Shown here: positions 25,830-41,227 of the stretch, piece by piece
How positions within the stretch are numbered: the stretch's first letter is position 1
Layout of the letters: each line of letters begins with the position of its first letter
Assembly (NCBI GenBank): GCA_964016885.1
Contig: OZ024752.1
Coordinates: forward strand, 17,422,001 to 17,486,000
Length of the DNA stretch: 64,000 nucleotides
Direction: 5' to 3'
From: Eledone cirrhosa
Lineage: Eukaryota
The notes under the pieces: generated by a model
Told to the model about the DNA's origin: nothing
The model's input: only the letters and a program-made list of their open reading frames with translations
The model's database searches: none
Position numbers and translations under genes: made by a program

Positions 25830-28800
25830 TGACACTCGCACTTTCAAACATTCGATCGTTGAAGAGAACAACCCTCGGAGGTACACTAATAATGCCACAA
25901 CTACAGTCAGGTTGAATAACTGGTTATTCTTCTAACTATATCTTCTGAAGACACCTTTTATTCGAATTCGTAGAGATATCCGACTAAATACATAATTCAT
26001 CTTACAAGGATTTGCTACAAACAGCATGGCTGAACACAACATCAACAAAAAAATTAAGGAAATACCGAAGACAAATAACAAGGAAGGTAATCAAACTTTA
26101 TTCAGTTGTAACTACAGAAGAAAACGAAATTATAAATCGCATTTCTCTTTGAGTTGCGAACTTAATAATGATTTATTTAATTGTTATAAAATGGCAAAAA
26201 ACAATCCCTCCATTGGCTATATGAATAGAATGAAGCTACACTGGGACGAAATGCACCCAGAGCTAAATTATTTCATAGCGAAACAATTACGCCAACAAGC
26301 GACGTTTGTTGAAAGTAAAAATAAGATAAATATTATTAATTGTAAGTCCCCCACAACAAACATGTTATCAACAACTCGTGTTACAGTTAAGCTACTAAAC
26401 TTCCTAGCAGTCAGGTCGATCAATGCCTTGAAACAACTATGCCAGTAAGAAACTTGACACCACCTGTACCATCTAAGTCTACCTCGAATGCTTGGAAAAA
26501 CACTATCGATAATAATAATAATCGAAGAAATTTGACACCACGTGTACCATCCGAGTCTACCTCGACTATTGTGGAAAATACTATCGATAATGATAATCAA
26601 AAGTATAAACAATTGAAAATTTCCCTCAATGAAATCTTCCCGAGAGAAATTAACTCATGTATAAATATCTCTCTTGCTGAACGTGTTAAAACGACAATGT
26701 TGAATAAAAAACCAAATAATGAAATATTACGTGTTATTGACGAAATAGGGATGAATATTTACGACGGATAAAACCCCAACATTTTGGCAAATCAACGCCA
26801 AAAATACCATCATATATAACTAAAATAGAAAAAAGATTGCTGACCTACGAAAAAACATAGGATATGTGACAATGCTCCTTACATGCAAACAAACACAAAA
26901 AAACCTCACTCCTCACCAACAAAGAGTGAAAAATAAAATAGAAACGATGTTTGGTAACAGTAGAACCAGAACTCTCCAATATAAGCTGATCACCCTCAAA
27001 CAAGAATTTAGAACTGTTAGCGAAAAACGCCGATACCTGAAGAAGGTAGATGAGATAAAAGTGCTTAATAAAAGATTCAGACGAAACCAAACATCAGTCT
27101 ATAGAAATATGAAGGGCAAAATAATAAGTGTCACCGAGACCCCATCCCAGAAAGACATAGATTCCTTTTGGAGAAAAATATGGGGTGAAAAGAAGAATTT
27201 CAACCAAGATGCAATGTGGCTAAGAGAAATCCGAAAGAACTATTGCTCCTACACTACAACAAAAACATACGAAATAAGTGAGGGTACCCTTGAGACTGTG
27301 ATAGGAAACCTCCAAGATAAGAAAACACCAGGAAGAGACATGATTGTCGGCTACTGGTACAAAAAACTGATATTCTATCGGAGGTATCTTACTGACCTCT
27401 ACCAACAAGTTCTTAAGGGAGATACACTTATACCAGAATGGTTGACATTAGCACAAACATTACTGGTCCCCAAGAACAAAGACACCCACTTGGAAAAAAC
27501 TACCGACCCATTGCATGTATAAGATGTATAAGATGTATAAGATGTATAAGATGTATACAGCCTGCCTGAACCTATTCCTCCCAGATCACTGTGAAAATAA
27601 TAACATCATCACAGATGAACAAGCAGCTAGAAAGAAAGGGGTTTGGGGATGTGCTGAACAACTCCTAATCAACAAAACTGCGATGTCGGAGGTGCGACAA
27701 CTTAGGAGGAATATGACTACAGTCTGGCTGGACTACAGGAAAGCTTTCGATTCTGTTCCCCACTCTTGGATGATAGAGGCCCTCCAACTTGCTAATGTCC
27801 CAGACATTATTGTCAGAGCCATAGAGAGGCTGTCTTCTTCTTGGGCTACTATCCTAAGGTTAAAGACAGAGAGGGAGGACTCTATTTTCACTGATAAAAT
27901 AAAATATTGCAGGTGTATATTTCAGGGGGACAGTCTCTCTGTGATATTATTCATCTTGTCATTAAACCCCTTGTCCTTTCTGCTCAAGAACTGTGAGGGA
28001 TACATCATTGGCTCACAGGAGGACAGAAATACGAACCTAACCCATAATTTCTTTGTGGACGATCTGAAACTCTATGCCAAGAACATGGATGGGCTGAAGA
28101 AAAATCTTGACCTGGTTACAACGTTCTCAAAGGATATAGGAATGGAGTTTGGCCAAGATAAATGCTCATACATGACTGTAAAGCGGGCAAAAACAACAAC
28201 CCAATCTAGCAACATTGTCATCAATGGCCTGACTGTTTCACCGATATCTTATGAGGACTGCTACAGATACCTGGGGATAGATGAGAACTTATCCTATAAT
28301 GGTATCTGTAATAAAGAACGCGTAACCAAGGAATACTACACCCGATTAAGAAAGATCTGGTCATCGGAACTCTCTGCACAAAACAAAATAGTGGCTCACA
28401 ATGTGTTTGCTGTGCCTGTTCTAACACCAACGTTTGGAATACTCAATTGGACGATAGACGAAATCCGAGCAGTTGATGTTGGAACTCGAAAAATACTGAA
28501 CAACACCGGAAACTTCCACATCAACAGTGACATAAACCGCCTTTACTTGAAGCGTAAGCAGGGGGGCAGAGGCCTAACATCAGTCCAGACAACATTTGAA
28601 TGTCGCATCTTATCTCTCCGACAACATCTACGAACCTCGAAGCGTAGGAGCCCGTTTCTCGAGCAAGTCTATCTGCATGAAACAGATAAGATCATGAGAG
28701 TTGGGAAGGAATTCCTCGAGAGATATTCCCTGTGTGATAATCAAAAACTCACACCCAGGGAAGTCGCTCAGCAGTATCGCAGTGAATCCATGGATGAAAA

Positions 28801-29712
28801 GCTGCATGCCTATCAGCAAAAAAATCATGCATGGATATGTTGCCAGGAAGCTCCAGAGTGAGAGTAATATAGATAAGGAAAGTAGTCTATCTTGGACCAA
28901 CAACCGCTATATTGGCTCCCACTTTGAAGGATACGCTTTTGCAATCCAGGAACAGGAGATTAGCACGAAATACCTGATTCACAAAAGAGATAGGGATGCA
29001 GGCAAAACACGTAGATGTGATAACAAGTGCAGACTCTGCAAAAAAGATAGCCCGATAATAAACACATTAAAAGCTACAGCAATGTGGAAGACATCCATGT
29101 ACATAATATGAAAGAGTAAAAACCCCAATAAAATGCAGGCATAACAGACCAGATATTATGATATGGGATAGGGAGAAGAAAGCATGCACAGGAGTAGAAA
29201 TTAGATGCCCAGCAGATGCCAATATAATATCAAAGATTAGTGAAAAGGAGAACATTTATGCAGAACTGATGAGAAATCTGCAGATACTCCACCCTGATTA
29301 CACCTTCAGATTTATGCCTGCAATTATTGGGGTACTGGGATATGTTAGTAACTGCCTCAATACAAATCTTGAGAAGCTAGGCTTCACAGGAACAGAAAGA
29401 ACACAACTAGTTAGGAAATTACAAGTACAATCCATTAATGGAACAGTAAAAATATGTAAAAAATTCCAAAATATTTGCATCTAATAACTGCATATACACA
29501 TGTACAGATACAAAGCATATACACATGCACACATACAACTCAAAACGTACACATCCACACATACAATAACATCCATATCTACACACGCATGCATACATAC
29601 ATATCTACCTAGTTGATGTTGTGTAAATTTCAATGAGGGAGTCTTGTGTCTATGTTAGAAACCGACTCTCTCTCTATTGGTAAAACTTTGTGAAATTATA
29701 AAACCAGAAGAA
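25830..29712 (+). mobile_element. Near-full-length R4/Dong-clade LINE (RT and restriction-like endonuclease), disrupted
   Basis: WLDYRKAFDSVPHSW, FQGDSLS, FVDDLKLY, YRYLGI, GGRGL, CRLC and PDIMIWD..VEIRCP. Several frameshifts and a 9-bp ATGTATAAG expansion at 27515-27556. 3' end abuts (CATA)n. Confidence 0.88.
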
Positions 29713-30763
29713 CATACATACATACACACATGATGGCTGTCCCCTTGTTATCGAGTATGGCCATTGCACGATATACTATTATTAATAACTATCAATTAAT
29801 TCTATCGTGCAATGCCTGTGCGTGAGGAAACACTGTGCACTGAGCCAATCCCGCTCTCTGAGCGACAGTAGCTATAACCCAAAAAGAAGAAAAGATCAAC
29901 ATCATCGGTAACTACTGAGCCGCAGGTTTTATATGTGAGTTATCCCAGCTTCCTGAATTGCCTTCTCCTAGAAGAATTCCCCGACAAAGGCTAGGGGTCC
30001 TTCACTCCCAGTGGTTTAACCAAGCGGTACATGTGTATATACATATTTACACAATTTCGGATGGCCGTTGACTCTTATGAGTTCTTCCGCCCTTTGTCAG
30101 GTTTTGTTTTTTGTCCTGCAGGGTGTCAAAAATCCTCCTCCTCACCAAGTAAACTTGGTGGGGTTGCCGGTTTAGTCGCCGACGACCCGACCATGCGACA
30201 GGTTGTACTGGGTTACATGTTACCAGTAGCACTCAAGAGTAACCCGACATACACACATACATGATGGCTGCCCCTCGTTATCGAGTATGGCCATTGCACA
30301 AGGAAAAAAAAAATGAAATAAAATAAAATAATAATAATAATAATAATAAATAAAAAAAAAAAAAGAAATATATATATATATATATATATATACATACATA
30401 TATACACACATACATACACATACACACACACATATACACACACACATACATTAATAACAATAATAATAATAATAATAATAGCAATAATAATAATAACGAC
30501 AACAACAATAATGTTTTCTTTATTAACCACAAGGGTTCACATAATGTAGACATTAAGGACAGTACAGGACAATACAGGACGGTACAAATGGGCATTTCTG
30601 CGTGTAAAAAAACAGAGGTTGAAATAAAATAACAAAGAAAAATTCCCCAATACGGGGGAGACTTCCAAGGTTCGACAACAACAATAATAATATACATATT
30701 CATATATATATACACACACACGCACGCACATAAGCATATCTACACACACACACACGATAGCAA

Positions 30764-33700
30764 CTAACAGTACTGCGATCGAATGTGGCTTTTTAGCCCA
30801 GCCAATGATCTAAAATGTCTTGCACAGAGTCGGCAACCAAAACATTCACTGGGAATAGTCGGCTGTGGTTGGAGTTCGTGTACTTTTGCATGTCGCTTGA
30901 GCCCTCCTGCTGATTTACATTCTCTACCACATGTTTGGCAAGCATGATGAGTAGCATCTCCAACAGCAGCCTGGTAGTCAACCACTGGTCTTACTTTATG
31001 ACTGCGAAGATGACTTTCGAGTCCAGCTTTGCTTAGGCAGAGTCTCGCACAGACGCTGCATGTCAGCACCATAGGAGGACCCTCGCCGCCTGGAAGTGCA
31101 ACAGCAATGCCCTTCCTCACATCCCGCTTTACCTTCTCGTGTGCGATTCGAGATGCCTCAAAGGCAACTTTTCCCTCATATACAGTCTTTCTCCATTTAT
31201 TACGATCAGCAGCAATATTCTCCCATGTATCAGCAGAGATGTTAGCGTCTTTCAGAGAGGCTTTCAAGGAATCCGTATACCTCTTTTTTGGTTTATGTGG
31301 CGGTCGTTTTCCTTTAACCAACTCTCCATAGAAGAGTTGTTTTGGTATTCTAGAATCCTTCATCCTGGCAAGGTGACCACTCCAACGGAGTTGTTGCTTA
31401 AGCACAAGAGCTTCTATACTGTCACACATAGAGCTTTCCAAAATCTCGACATCACTGATGTGGTCCCTCCAGTGAACGCCATGGATCCGTCTGAGACACA
31501 TCTGATGGAAACGCTCCAATTTCTTAAGGTGGCGTCGATATGTGACCCAGGTCTCGCAGGCATAAAGAAGACAAGAGAGTACACATGCCCTGTACACCTT
31601 TACCTTTGTCCTCCTGCATATGTCTCGCCGACCCCCAGAGTCGCCTTTCTAGCTTTCCGAAAGCATCACTTGCTTTCCTAATCCTAAGTGAGATTTCACC
31701 GTCAAGGTTGCCGTATCGATTGACAGTGCTTCCCAGGTAGACAAACTGATCAACCACTCCAAGTCGTTTGCCATACACATAGATGTTTGGTTCAGTGTAT
31801 TGCTTACTAGGGGCAGGTTGGTACATGACGACGGTTTTCTTGAGACTGACAGTCAAACCCAGGGCAGTGCAAGCGTTAGAAAATGCATTCAAAATGTGCT
31901 GCATATCACTCTCTGTGTGCGCTACAAGATCTCAATCATCTGCATACAAGAGGTCTCTTATGATTGATGTAAATACTTTTGTCTTCGCAGCAAAGCGCCT
32001 GATGTTAAATATGCTGCCTGAGGTTCGATATCGGATGTAAACACCATGCTCGCAATTCCTGAATGCAATACAGAAAACCATTGCAAAGTATATGGCAAAC
32101 AGGGACGGTGCTGGAATATCCCCCTGTTTCACTCCATTTTTTACTGAGATAGGCTCCGACATGTTACCTCCGACATTAACCCAAGCCTTCATGTCGTCAT
32201 GGAAAGACCTAACTAAAGCAAGGAACTTATCAGGACAACCAAGTTTCTGGAGAACCTTCCATAATGCATCTCTGTTGACAGTATCGAAAGCCTTTGTCAG
32301 ATCGAGAAAAACCTGATACAGATCCAAGCCTTGTTGAATGCACTTCTGGAGCTGTCTAGCTGAGAAGATCATATCAGTAGTGCCGCGTCCAGCACGAAAA
32401 CCAAATTGACTTTCAGGAAGAACACAATCTGCAATGTGTGTCAGCAGACGGTCCAGAAGCACCCTACATAAAACTTTCCCTACGACAGAAAGCAATGATA
32501 TACCTCTGTAGTTCCCACAATCATTCCTGTTACCCTTTCCCTTGTACAAGACCACCATTACTGCATCTCTCCAGTCCTCAGGTACGGATTCATTAGCCCA
32601 TATCCTTCCAAACAAAGAGTGAAGATGTTGCAGGAGTCTCTCACCACCATATTGTAGGAGCTCAGCATGTATGCCATCCATACCTGGAGACCTTCCACTG
32701 TTCAGCTTCGAGATAGCCGCCGCAACCTCCACAAGCGTCGGAGGTTCTGCGAAAGCTACTTTCACAGGACTTTCCGGAATGAGATTGAGGAAATCTTCAT
32801 TGACGACAGACGGCTGATTCAAAAGATCATCAAAGTGCTCTCGCCACCTTCGTAGAATTCCTTGTGAGTCACGAAGAAGTTCTTTGCCATCCTTGCTGCG
32901 AGGCGGTGTCACCAGAGAAGAAGACGGTCCATAAACTTCACGCAAGAGACTGTACAACAGTTTTGTGTTATTGGAATCTGACGCAGTTTGTATCTCATCA
33001 GCCTTCTCACTCCACCACTTATCCTTCATCTGAGAAAGACTCCGCCTAACACGTGATTTTACATCCTTGAGTTCCTTATGCAACATATTCTTCTCCTGTG
33101 GTTTTGCCGTCAAGTAGCGTGACAGAGCACACCTCTTATCAGCCAACAAGTCTTCTATATGTATATCATTCTCATTAAACCAGTCCTGATGTTTTCTCTG
33201 CACCAATCCCAGAACACGCCCGCCTACATCATAAACCGAATTTTTAAGGGTCGGCCAATCCTCACCAAGATCTGCAACCTGCATCTCTTCTTCCAATGTC
33301 CTCTTCACATTTTTATCGTTAAGACGAGCAGCATTCAATCTTTTGGGCAGGGCAACACTAGGAGCCCGGATTTTACGTTTAGTGATTAGTTTCACCTTTG
33401 CGCGTACCAGGCGGTGGTCCGCCCAGCACTCAGCTCCATGAAGAGCACGAACACACTGCACATCCTGTCTGTCACGCATCCTGACTAGGACGTAGTCCAA
33501 AAGATGCCATTCCTTAGATGCAGGATGCATCCATATGGTCTTGAATTTGTTCTTTTGTTGGAACATGGTGTTGGTAATACACAGATCCAGCTCCTCACAC
33601 ATCTGCAGCAGGAGCATACCATTGTTGTTACACTTTCCCACCCCATGCATTCCGATTACATTCCATGTGTTAAAATCCCTACCCACTCTAGCATTAAAGT

Positions 33701-34230
33701 CACCAAGCACTATGACTTTGTCTGCCTGAGGGATATTTCTTAGAACACCTTTCAAGGCATGGTAAAAGGACATTTTTTCTTAATCGACAGAATTCATAGT
33801 TGGAGCATACACACTCACCAGGGTAGCATATCTTCCCTTGTCCAGCGGAAATCTCATGGACATAAGACGCTCACTAATCCCTACTGGGAACTCTTCTAAT
33901 TTATTCACAAGTACAGTCTTAACAGCAAATCCTACCCCAGCCTCTCTTCTGGTTCCTTCATCTCTTCCTTTCCAGAAGAATGTATATTCTCCACAAAATC
34001 CCGTAAGATGACCATCTCCAGCTAACCTCGTCACAGATAAAGCCACGATGTCAAGATCGTAACGTCGAAGCTCCTTTGCAACAAGAGCGGTCCTTCGTTC
34101 AGGACGCTCCGAAGAATCCCTGTCAAGCAGCGTCCGTACGTTCCAGCAGCCAAGACTAAATGCCCTGTTTGGCTCTATTACAATGGCACGATGACGAGCG
34201 GGCCCAGGCTGTGATAACTTGGGGCCCCTG
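30764..34230 (-). mobile_element. Near-full-length RTE (BovB-like) LINE: APE, RT and three C-terminal C2H2-type fingers; inactivated
   Basis: GCWNVRTL, SVYAPT, LGDFNA, DHRLV, GVKQG and YADD followed by TGA. Frameshifts. CxxC..GL..H motifs in 30764-31070. Confidence 0.95.
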
Positions 34231-34562
34231 CCCTTATTGCCAATGATCTTTTTTGTTCCAGAACCTAAATTGCCAATTATCTCTTTTACATTGTTCTGGA
34301 ACATCATTGAATTGGGGAAAAAAAAAAAAAGAAAAAAAAGTAATAATAATAGTAATAATAATAATAATAATAATAATTGTTTCTACTTTTTGGCACAAGG
34401 CCAGCAATTACCCAGTACATTACTGGTACTTTATTTTATCGACCCCGTAAGGATGAAAGGCAAAGTGAACCTCGGCGGGATTTGAACTCAGACCGTAAAG
34501 GGACGTAACTATGCTGGAAAGCATGACGTCCGACTCTCTACCGATACTGCCAATCCATCGCC

Positions 34563-34593
<31 letters not shown>

Positions 34594-35028
34594 GTACACT
34601 ATTAATAATTATTAATGCACTCGTGCAATGCCTATGCGTGACGAATATTTTTAAAGTGAGGAAAGACTGTGCACTGAGCCAATCCCACTCTTTGAGCTAT
34701 AACCCGAAAAGAAGAAAAGATCAACATCATCGGTAACTACTGAGTCGAAGGTTTTATATCGGAGTTAACCCAGTTTCCTGAGATGCCTTCTCCTAGAAGA
34801 ATGCCCTGAAAAGGGCTAGGGGTTCTTCACTCCCAGTGGTTTAACTGCGCGATCGGGCATCCAGCCCGATTATTTCTATGTCCCCGCGCGAAAAAAAAAA
34901 AAAAAAAAAAGAACACTTATTGACACTTATACGTACGACATACACACACACGCATACATATGCGCGCGCACAGCAACACTCATACATACAAATAAACACA
35001 CACACACGCTACTCTACTCACTTACACG

Positions 35029-35091
<63 letters not shown>

Positions 35092-35659
35092 TACCGTCAT
35101 TACTGATACAAGATTACAAGATTATGTCAACTGTTGACTTTCAAGAGTTTGTATAGTTGAAGCCGATCGTATTACAGTCCAGTATTATTATAATTGCTTT
35201 ACAGCATAGAGTTATGGCTCCCCACGCTCTGAGCTCAAATCCCGTCGAGGTCAACCTTGCCCTTCATCCCCGCGGAGTCAACAAAAGAGAGTACCAGTGA
35301 TGCGCTGGACAGTCGCTGGATCCGTGCCAAAAGCAGAAAAATTATTATTAAAGTTGTTTTCTTAAGGCCCGGTCGCTGGTGATGGTGATGGCGGCGGCGG
35401 TGGCGGTGGTGGTGGCAGTTGATGTTGTTGTGTGTGTGTGTGTGTTTTGTTATTTTGAGTTTTTTTGTTTTTTTTTCCCCTTTTCTTTTCTTTTCTTTTC
35501 CCTTCCTTTTTTTATGTTTTGATGCCGCTGTTGTTGTTGTTGTAAATGTTCATTTCAGTTCATTCTGAAGCTGTTGTTGCTGTAAACATTAGTGCCGGTG
35601 TTGTTGTTGTTGTAGATGTTGGGGTTGAAATCTGGTCGTTTGACTGAGTGATGTATATA

Positions 35660-37200
35660 TTTTTCTTTTATTTGCCACTAGGGCATCAAAAGTGGGACAA
35701 GTACAAAGGGGGGAGTTTACACAAAAAGGCGTCCTCAATAAGGAGGAGGCAATAACAAAATATAAAAATAAAATAAGATATAACAAAAATAAAATTTTTA
35801 ACAAAATCCTCAATAGAGAGGAGGCGCCTTGGGGGGTCGCACACACCCCCGAAAAAAGTGTGCAACCCTTTTCCTCAGGAGCACAGAGAGGGGGTGCTCC
35901 CTCGTTCCTTCCTCTTTTCCACCTACAGGCTTATGTAAAGAGAAGGCCCATTCACACGGGCCATTCTCGCCACTTTCACCCACCTTTCATAAAAACGACT
36001 GGGGTGCAGCACCTCTCTCTCCATCCTGATCCTTCTTCCGAAATGATATCGGAAGAAACGGACCAGTTGTTGGCCAGAGAGAAAGGTGCCTGACCTCAGT
36101 CCTTTCAGACGCGTCCACCATACAACCTCTTTCGCCATGGCTATTACGCACAGAAACACCGCCTCTGCTTCATCTTTGAAGGGGGGAGGCGGCTTGATCA
36201 TTACAATAGACTCGGTGGTCAACCGGATCGGTCCCACCCTTGACAGCAGTTGTTCGACATAGCCCCACAGATCGGCTACGCCCGAGCAGTGTACCAATGC
36301 GTGTGCAACGGTTTCCTCGTCGCACACGCATCTGGGACAGATCTTTTTGGCGGGGTCCCTACCCGGGCGCCCGTGTCTGTAGAGCCTTTCTCGAACGGGT
36401 AAAGCCCCTCGGTAGCACTGCCAGGCCAGGGACTTCTGGAAGTTGTCCATAGGTCCCGGGCTGAATGTCCTACCGAACAGGCTGGCCAGTTCGTCCTCCT
36501 CCATGTCTAGGGCTTCTCCGAGGGCGTCGTCGCACCTGCTGCGTACCAGCCCTCTATAGAATGTTGCGGTGGAGTCTCCACTGATAACCGGATCCGCCTG
36601 CCAGAGGGCGGTGAGCGCCTGGGCACACTCAGTGTGCCAGGCGCCCAGTTTTCTCGGTCTTTGCTTGACCCAGGATTGCAGCTCGGTGAGTGAGACGAGT
36701 CTGGGAAAGGTTCGTCTCACAAACGAGGCCCACACCGGTTGTCCGGTGAGGAATACGTAGAGGTTCCGTAGCCTTAATGCGTGTTTACGCATCATTAGCC
36801 ACGGCATCCCCAGCCCTCCTTTCGAAGGGTGTTGACAGCAGATGGATCTCCTCACCATAGGAGCCCGCCCCTTCCAAAGGAATTGGAAGAGCGCGCGCTC
36901 CATCTTGGTGAGGGTTTCCCTTGGGCAGGGCACTACGGTCAGGCGGTAGTAGATGACGGACGCTATATAAGTGTTCGCCACCTCCGCCCGACCTTTCAGG
37001 GATAGTTTGCAACTGGCCCACTTCTGGGTCAGTGCAAACACCCTGTTCGTAACCTCCGCCCAGTTTTTCTCCACCTGGAGGTCCGGTCCAAACCAGACCC
37101 CGAGCAACTTCACCGGGCCCTCCGTCCAGCGTCCGACGACGCCATCGGAGGGCATCGGTCTGCCCCTCCACGTGCCGAGTTGCAAACCGATCGACTTGTC
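35660..37200 (-). mobile_element. L1/Tx1-clade LINE 3' fragment with 3' UTR
   Basis: VKLLGVWFG, LSLKGRAEV, KGGLG and the zf-RVT knuckle CPRC..ETVAHALVHC. AATAAA-like A-rich end near 35665. Confidence 0.88.
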
Positions 37201-37609
37201 CCGATATACACACATATACATACACACACACATATATATATATACACATTCAACATACAGTAGAGAGTTTGACAACAGGTCGATGACTTTAGTCTAGATA
37301 GGGTATGGTATGGTAATGACATGTGACGATGGGGAGAGAGTGTAGACGTTATTGTGGTGGTGGGGACAGTGAGATGTATCTAGTTCATTTGACCGTTTTC
37401 TTCTCTTAGCAAAATTTGAATTTTAGCCATGTTATATTTAGATGTAAGTAAATGTAAAATGTAAAATATAAATAAGGATTGCTCTGCTAAAATATACTAA
37501 AATATTTGTGTAACTTCCACAAACTTCTGTCGTGTCATTCCCGAGTCAAGTGACCAAAAAATTGTTGTATTTTGATATTTCAGAATACAAAAATTAATTA
37601 AAAACTTAC

Positions 37610-37659
37610 CCCACGAAAAGACAGCGTGTGTTGTCCTATCTATAAGCTCCCTCACATAT
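37610..37659 (-). CDS. Candidate 50-nt upstream exon of the fucosyltransferase
   Basis: Reads AG|...TCGTGGG|GTAAGT. The phase-1 end fits the main exon (YVRELIDRTTHAVFSW+D). The acceptor lacks a pyrimidine tract. Confidence 0.2.
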
Positions 37660-38019
37660 CTACATACATACATACATACATACATACATACATACATACA
37701 TACATACATACATACATACATACATACATACATACATACTGGAATGCATTAATTTCATGTATTTTTGTGTGCATGTCTATTTGTGCGCGCATATATAAAG
37801 TGAGTTTAGAGTTGACTTTACCTGTAATTTGTGTTTTACAATTCATGCTTAGATGCACCTTGGTAAGTAGAGATCAGATACGTTATTAATAATGGACAAC
37901 CTCAATCATTAGGTAACATCTGTTCACTGATCTTTTCGATGAATGCCATTTCTTTAAATACAACACGTATTACATAGTGACACAGTTGACATGTACATTA
38001 TTGTTATCATATTTGCACA

Positions 38020-38058
<39 letters not shown>

Positions 38059-38090
38059 ACGCACACACACACGCACTCCCCCCAGCACGC

Positions 38091-38123
<33 letters not shown>

Positions 38124-38190
38124 CACATACACAAACACATATGTATAGTGACAGCACTCCTCCTCTCTCCTCTCTCTGCCCCTCTCTCTC

Positions 38191-38278
<88 letters not shown>

Positions 38279-39523
38279 GGAACCAGTAAGACCCCGACAG
38301 CTGAGCTCAAGCCGTTTCGACGGCTAATTCTGGACTAAATGAAAATTTATCCTGGTATTTAAATAGCCGATCTTCTCAAGGGGTAATTCCATATATGGTC
38401 AAAGTGATTGTCAAAAATCAGTAGTAATTCTGTGGTTGCAAATTAGTAGGGGAGATGGTGGCTAAACCTGCCAGTAGGAGAAAGAGGGGAGGTGGTGGAG
38501 TAGACCCAATCAAGCGTTGGTAGTGCCAGCTACAGCTGGGCATGAGGTCAAAGAAGATACAGGGGAGGGGGAGGGGGAGGAAGTCGGAACGGTAGGTAGA
38601 ACAATGGGGGGTAGAAATATATAGGAAAGAAAAAATACTGAGAGTGAAGAAAAGCAAATAAGTGTAAAGAAAAACGTAAAGTAAATTAAATTCTACGACC
38701 TAGGTGTCAGGCTATTGTTAGGCTAGAATAAATAAATAAAGAAAGAAAGAAAGAAGTAAAGAAAGAAATAAAGAAATAACGAAATAGGTAAAAGAACTAG
38801 GTGGGACGGATAGGCAAGGACCCTTTTAAGAGGTATAAGTACGTAAATGATACGGTGACGGGTCAACAAAAGGGGCCAAAATACTAAAGAGACTACCACG
38901 AAATAAACAATAAAGGTTTCCATCCCGGGCACAATGCCAGCAACCACCCAGTGCAGCAAAGTGAACTAGTACGAGATAATAATTCTGAGTCCCGAGAAAA
39001 ATATATACTAATGCTAACTCTAAAAGATCTAAAACAAGCTACATGAAAGTTCGTACGAAGTAAAGGTAGAATACGGAAAAATAAATTCAGAATCGCGAAG
39101 AAAGAAATACTGAAACGAAAAAATAAGGCATAAGTGCCACTAAGAAATATAGAGGGCACAGAGAATAGTGGGAGCGGTCGGAAAAAGGGGACAAGTATCC
39201 GGGGTCTAAACCAACTGCTATAAAGGGCGGAGTCCGCCAAATCTATCATAGACTAGGGGAGGGGGTGGGGGTACTAAGGCTACAAGGGGCCAAAGGGCAG
39301 CCTCGGGTGGGCGAGAAAAGACGCCGACAAAGGAGAAGAGCTGGGGTAGAAGGACTAAGGAGAGAGGGGGGAAGGAAATAAAGGAAGCGATAAAAGAATA
39401 CAAAGAAGATCTTACGTCTCCCTTGGCAAGCAGGGGTTACCCATTGCAAAATCGGCAAGTGGGGTGTTATAGCCCTAGTCTACCCCCCGGGTCATTATAC
39501 AAATATATATATATATATATATT

Positions 39524-39597
<74 letters not shown>

Positions 39598-40245
39598 TAT
39601 AATATATAATATATGTAGTAATAAACACAGTAAATTGTGTGTCTAAAATTACGAGGGCTGAGATACCACATTGGTTTGACAAATTTAACCTGAAGCAAAC
39701 GGAAAATCTATGTATGTAAAACAGGTGTCTGTCTGTCTGTTTGTGTAACCGCATGAATTTCTACATTTTACATAGGTTTCTGAAGTCCTATTACGCGTCG
39801 TAGGCTATTTTATTTTTCCGTACCTCGATTGTGGGGTCCCCCAGTGGCAGGTAACCCCCTTAAGCCTCTCGATTGGAGTCAGCAGCACTACTGCATAAAG
39901 GCCCCATAATTCCTGCAGTTTGTCTCCCATCTTCACCAAAATTAATCTTTTGTTTACTTATGGCTTACAAATAAATTTGCAGGCATGCACTTGCGCAGAA
40001 ATTCAGGTAGGGGACCCCTTGGGGGCAGTAAACCGACTTGATGAATGTTGAAGTGGATATCATCAATGGAACAAAACGTCATAACTGCTTCAGTTGGTGT
40101 TTGGTTTTCACGAAGCGAGACGTATTGGTTACCAATGGCTTATAAAGGAAGGTGATCACATGAACTTTTACTTGAACTTATCAAGACGTAAAATAAGAAA
40201 ATTTCAAAAAATTTTTTAAAAATTAACTTACTTACTAAAATTTTC

Positions 40246-40327
40246 ACTCCAACTAATTAGTTTCTGCAATGGGATAAAGACAGCTACGTAATATAACTGT
40301 CGAGAATTCATTGCGTCATCAGGGAGT
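40246..40327 (-). ncRNA. Type-I hammerhead ribozyme
   Basis: Reverse complement of 41228-41309 with one substitution. Confidence 0.88.
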
Positions 40328-41227
40328 CTATTCTCAGCTAAGTCTCCAGGCAATGCGCGGACACTGGGGGCTCATATAAAAATAATAATAATTCGGTAGA
40401 TGGAACAGCTAGCGGGGACTGGATTCCATGTACTGAAAAGCTCGCTGTCTCTGGTCAAATGGCAGATTCTAAAGAATCAATCACGTGACACTGAGGCTAG
40501 TCGGTAGGAGTGGGAAGGTAAGATGACAGAAGCCTACTATCACACCAATAAATTAGTAGTGGTTTTGGCAGGTTTGCTAAAAAAATAAGTAATTTGGAGA
40601 TAAATATAGAGAATTTAGTATATCTACTAACATATGCGTACAGATGTACGCTAATGCCAGCAAATACACAGGTTAACGCAATGACGCAGATGACGCAATG
40701 AATTCTCGACAGTTATATTACGTAACTGTCTTTATCCCATTGCAGAAACTAATTAGTTGGAGTGAAAATTATAGTAAGTAAGTTAATTTAAAAAAAAAAT
40801 TTTTAAATTTTCTTATTTTACGTCTTTTATATTATTGTTCTGCATCCTCCTGCATTGAACCACCTAGGTACTATGACTTAACCTGTGTATTTGCTGGCAT
40901 TAGCGTACATCTGTACGCATATGTTAGTAGATATACTAAATTCTCTATATTTATCTCCAAATTACTTATTTGTTGAGCAAACCTGCCAAAACCACTACTA
41001 ATTTATTGGTGTGATAGTAGGCCTCTGTCATCTTACCATCCCACTCCCTACCGACTAGCCTCAGTGTCACGTGATTGATTCTTTAGAATCTGCCATTTGA
41101 CCAGAGACAGCGAGCTTTTCAGTACATGGAATCCAGTCGCCGCTAGCTGTTCCATCTACCTAATTATTATTATTTTTATATGAGTCCCCAGTGTCCGCGC
41201 ATTGCCTGGAGACTTAGCTGAGAATAG

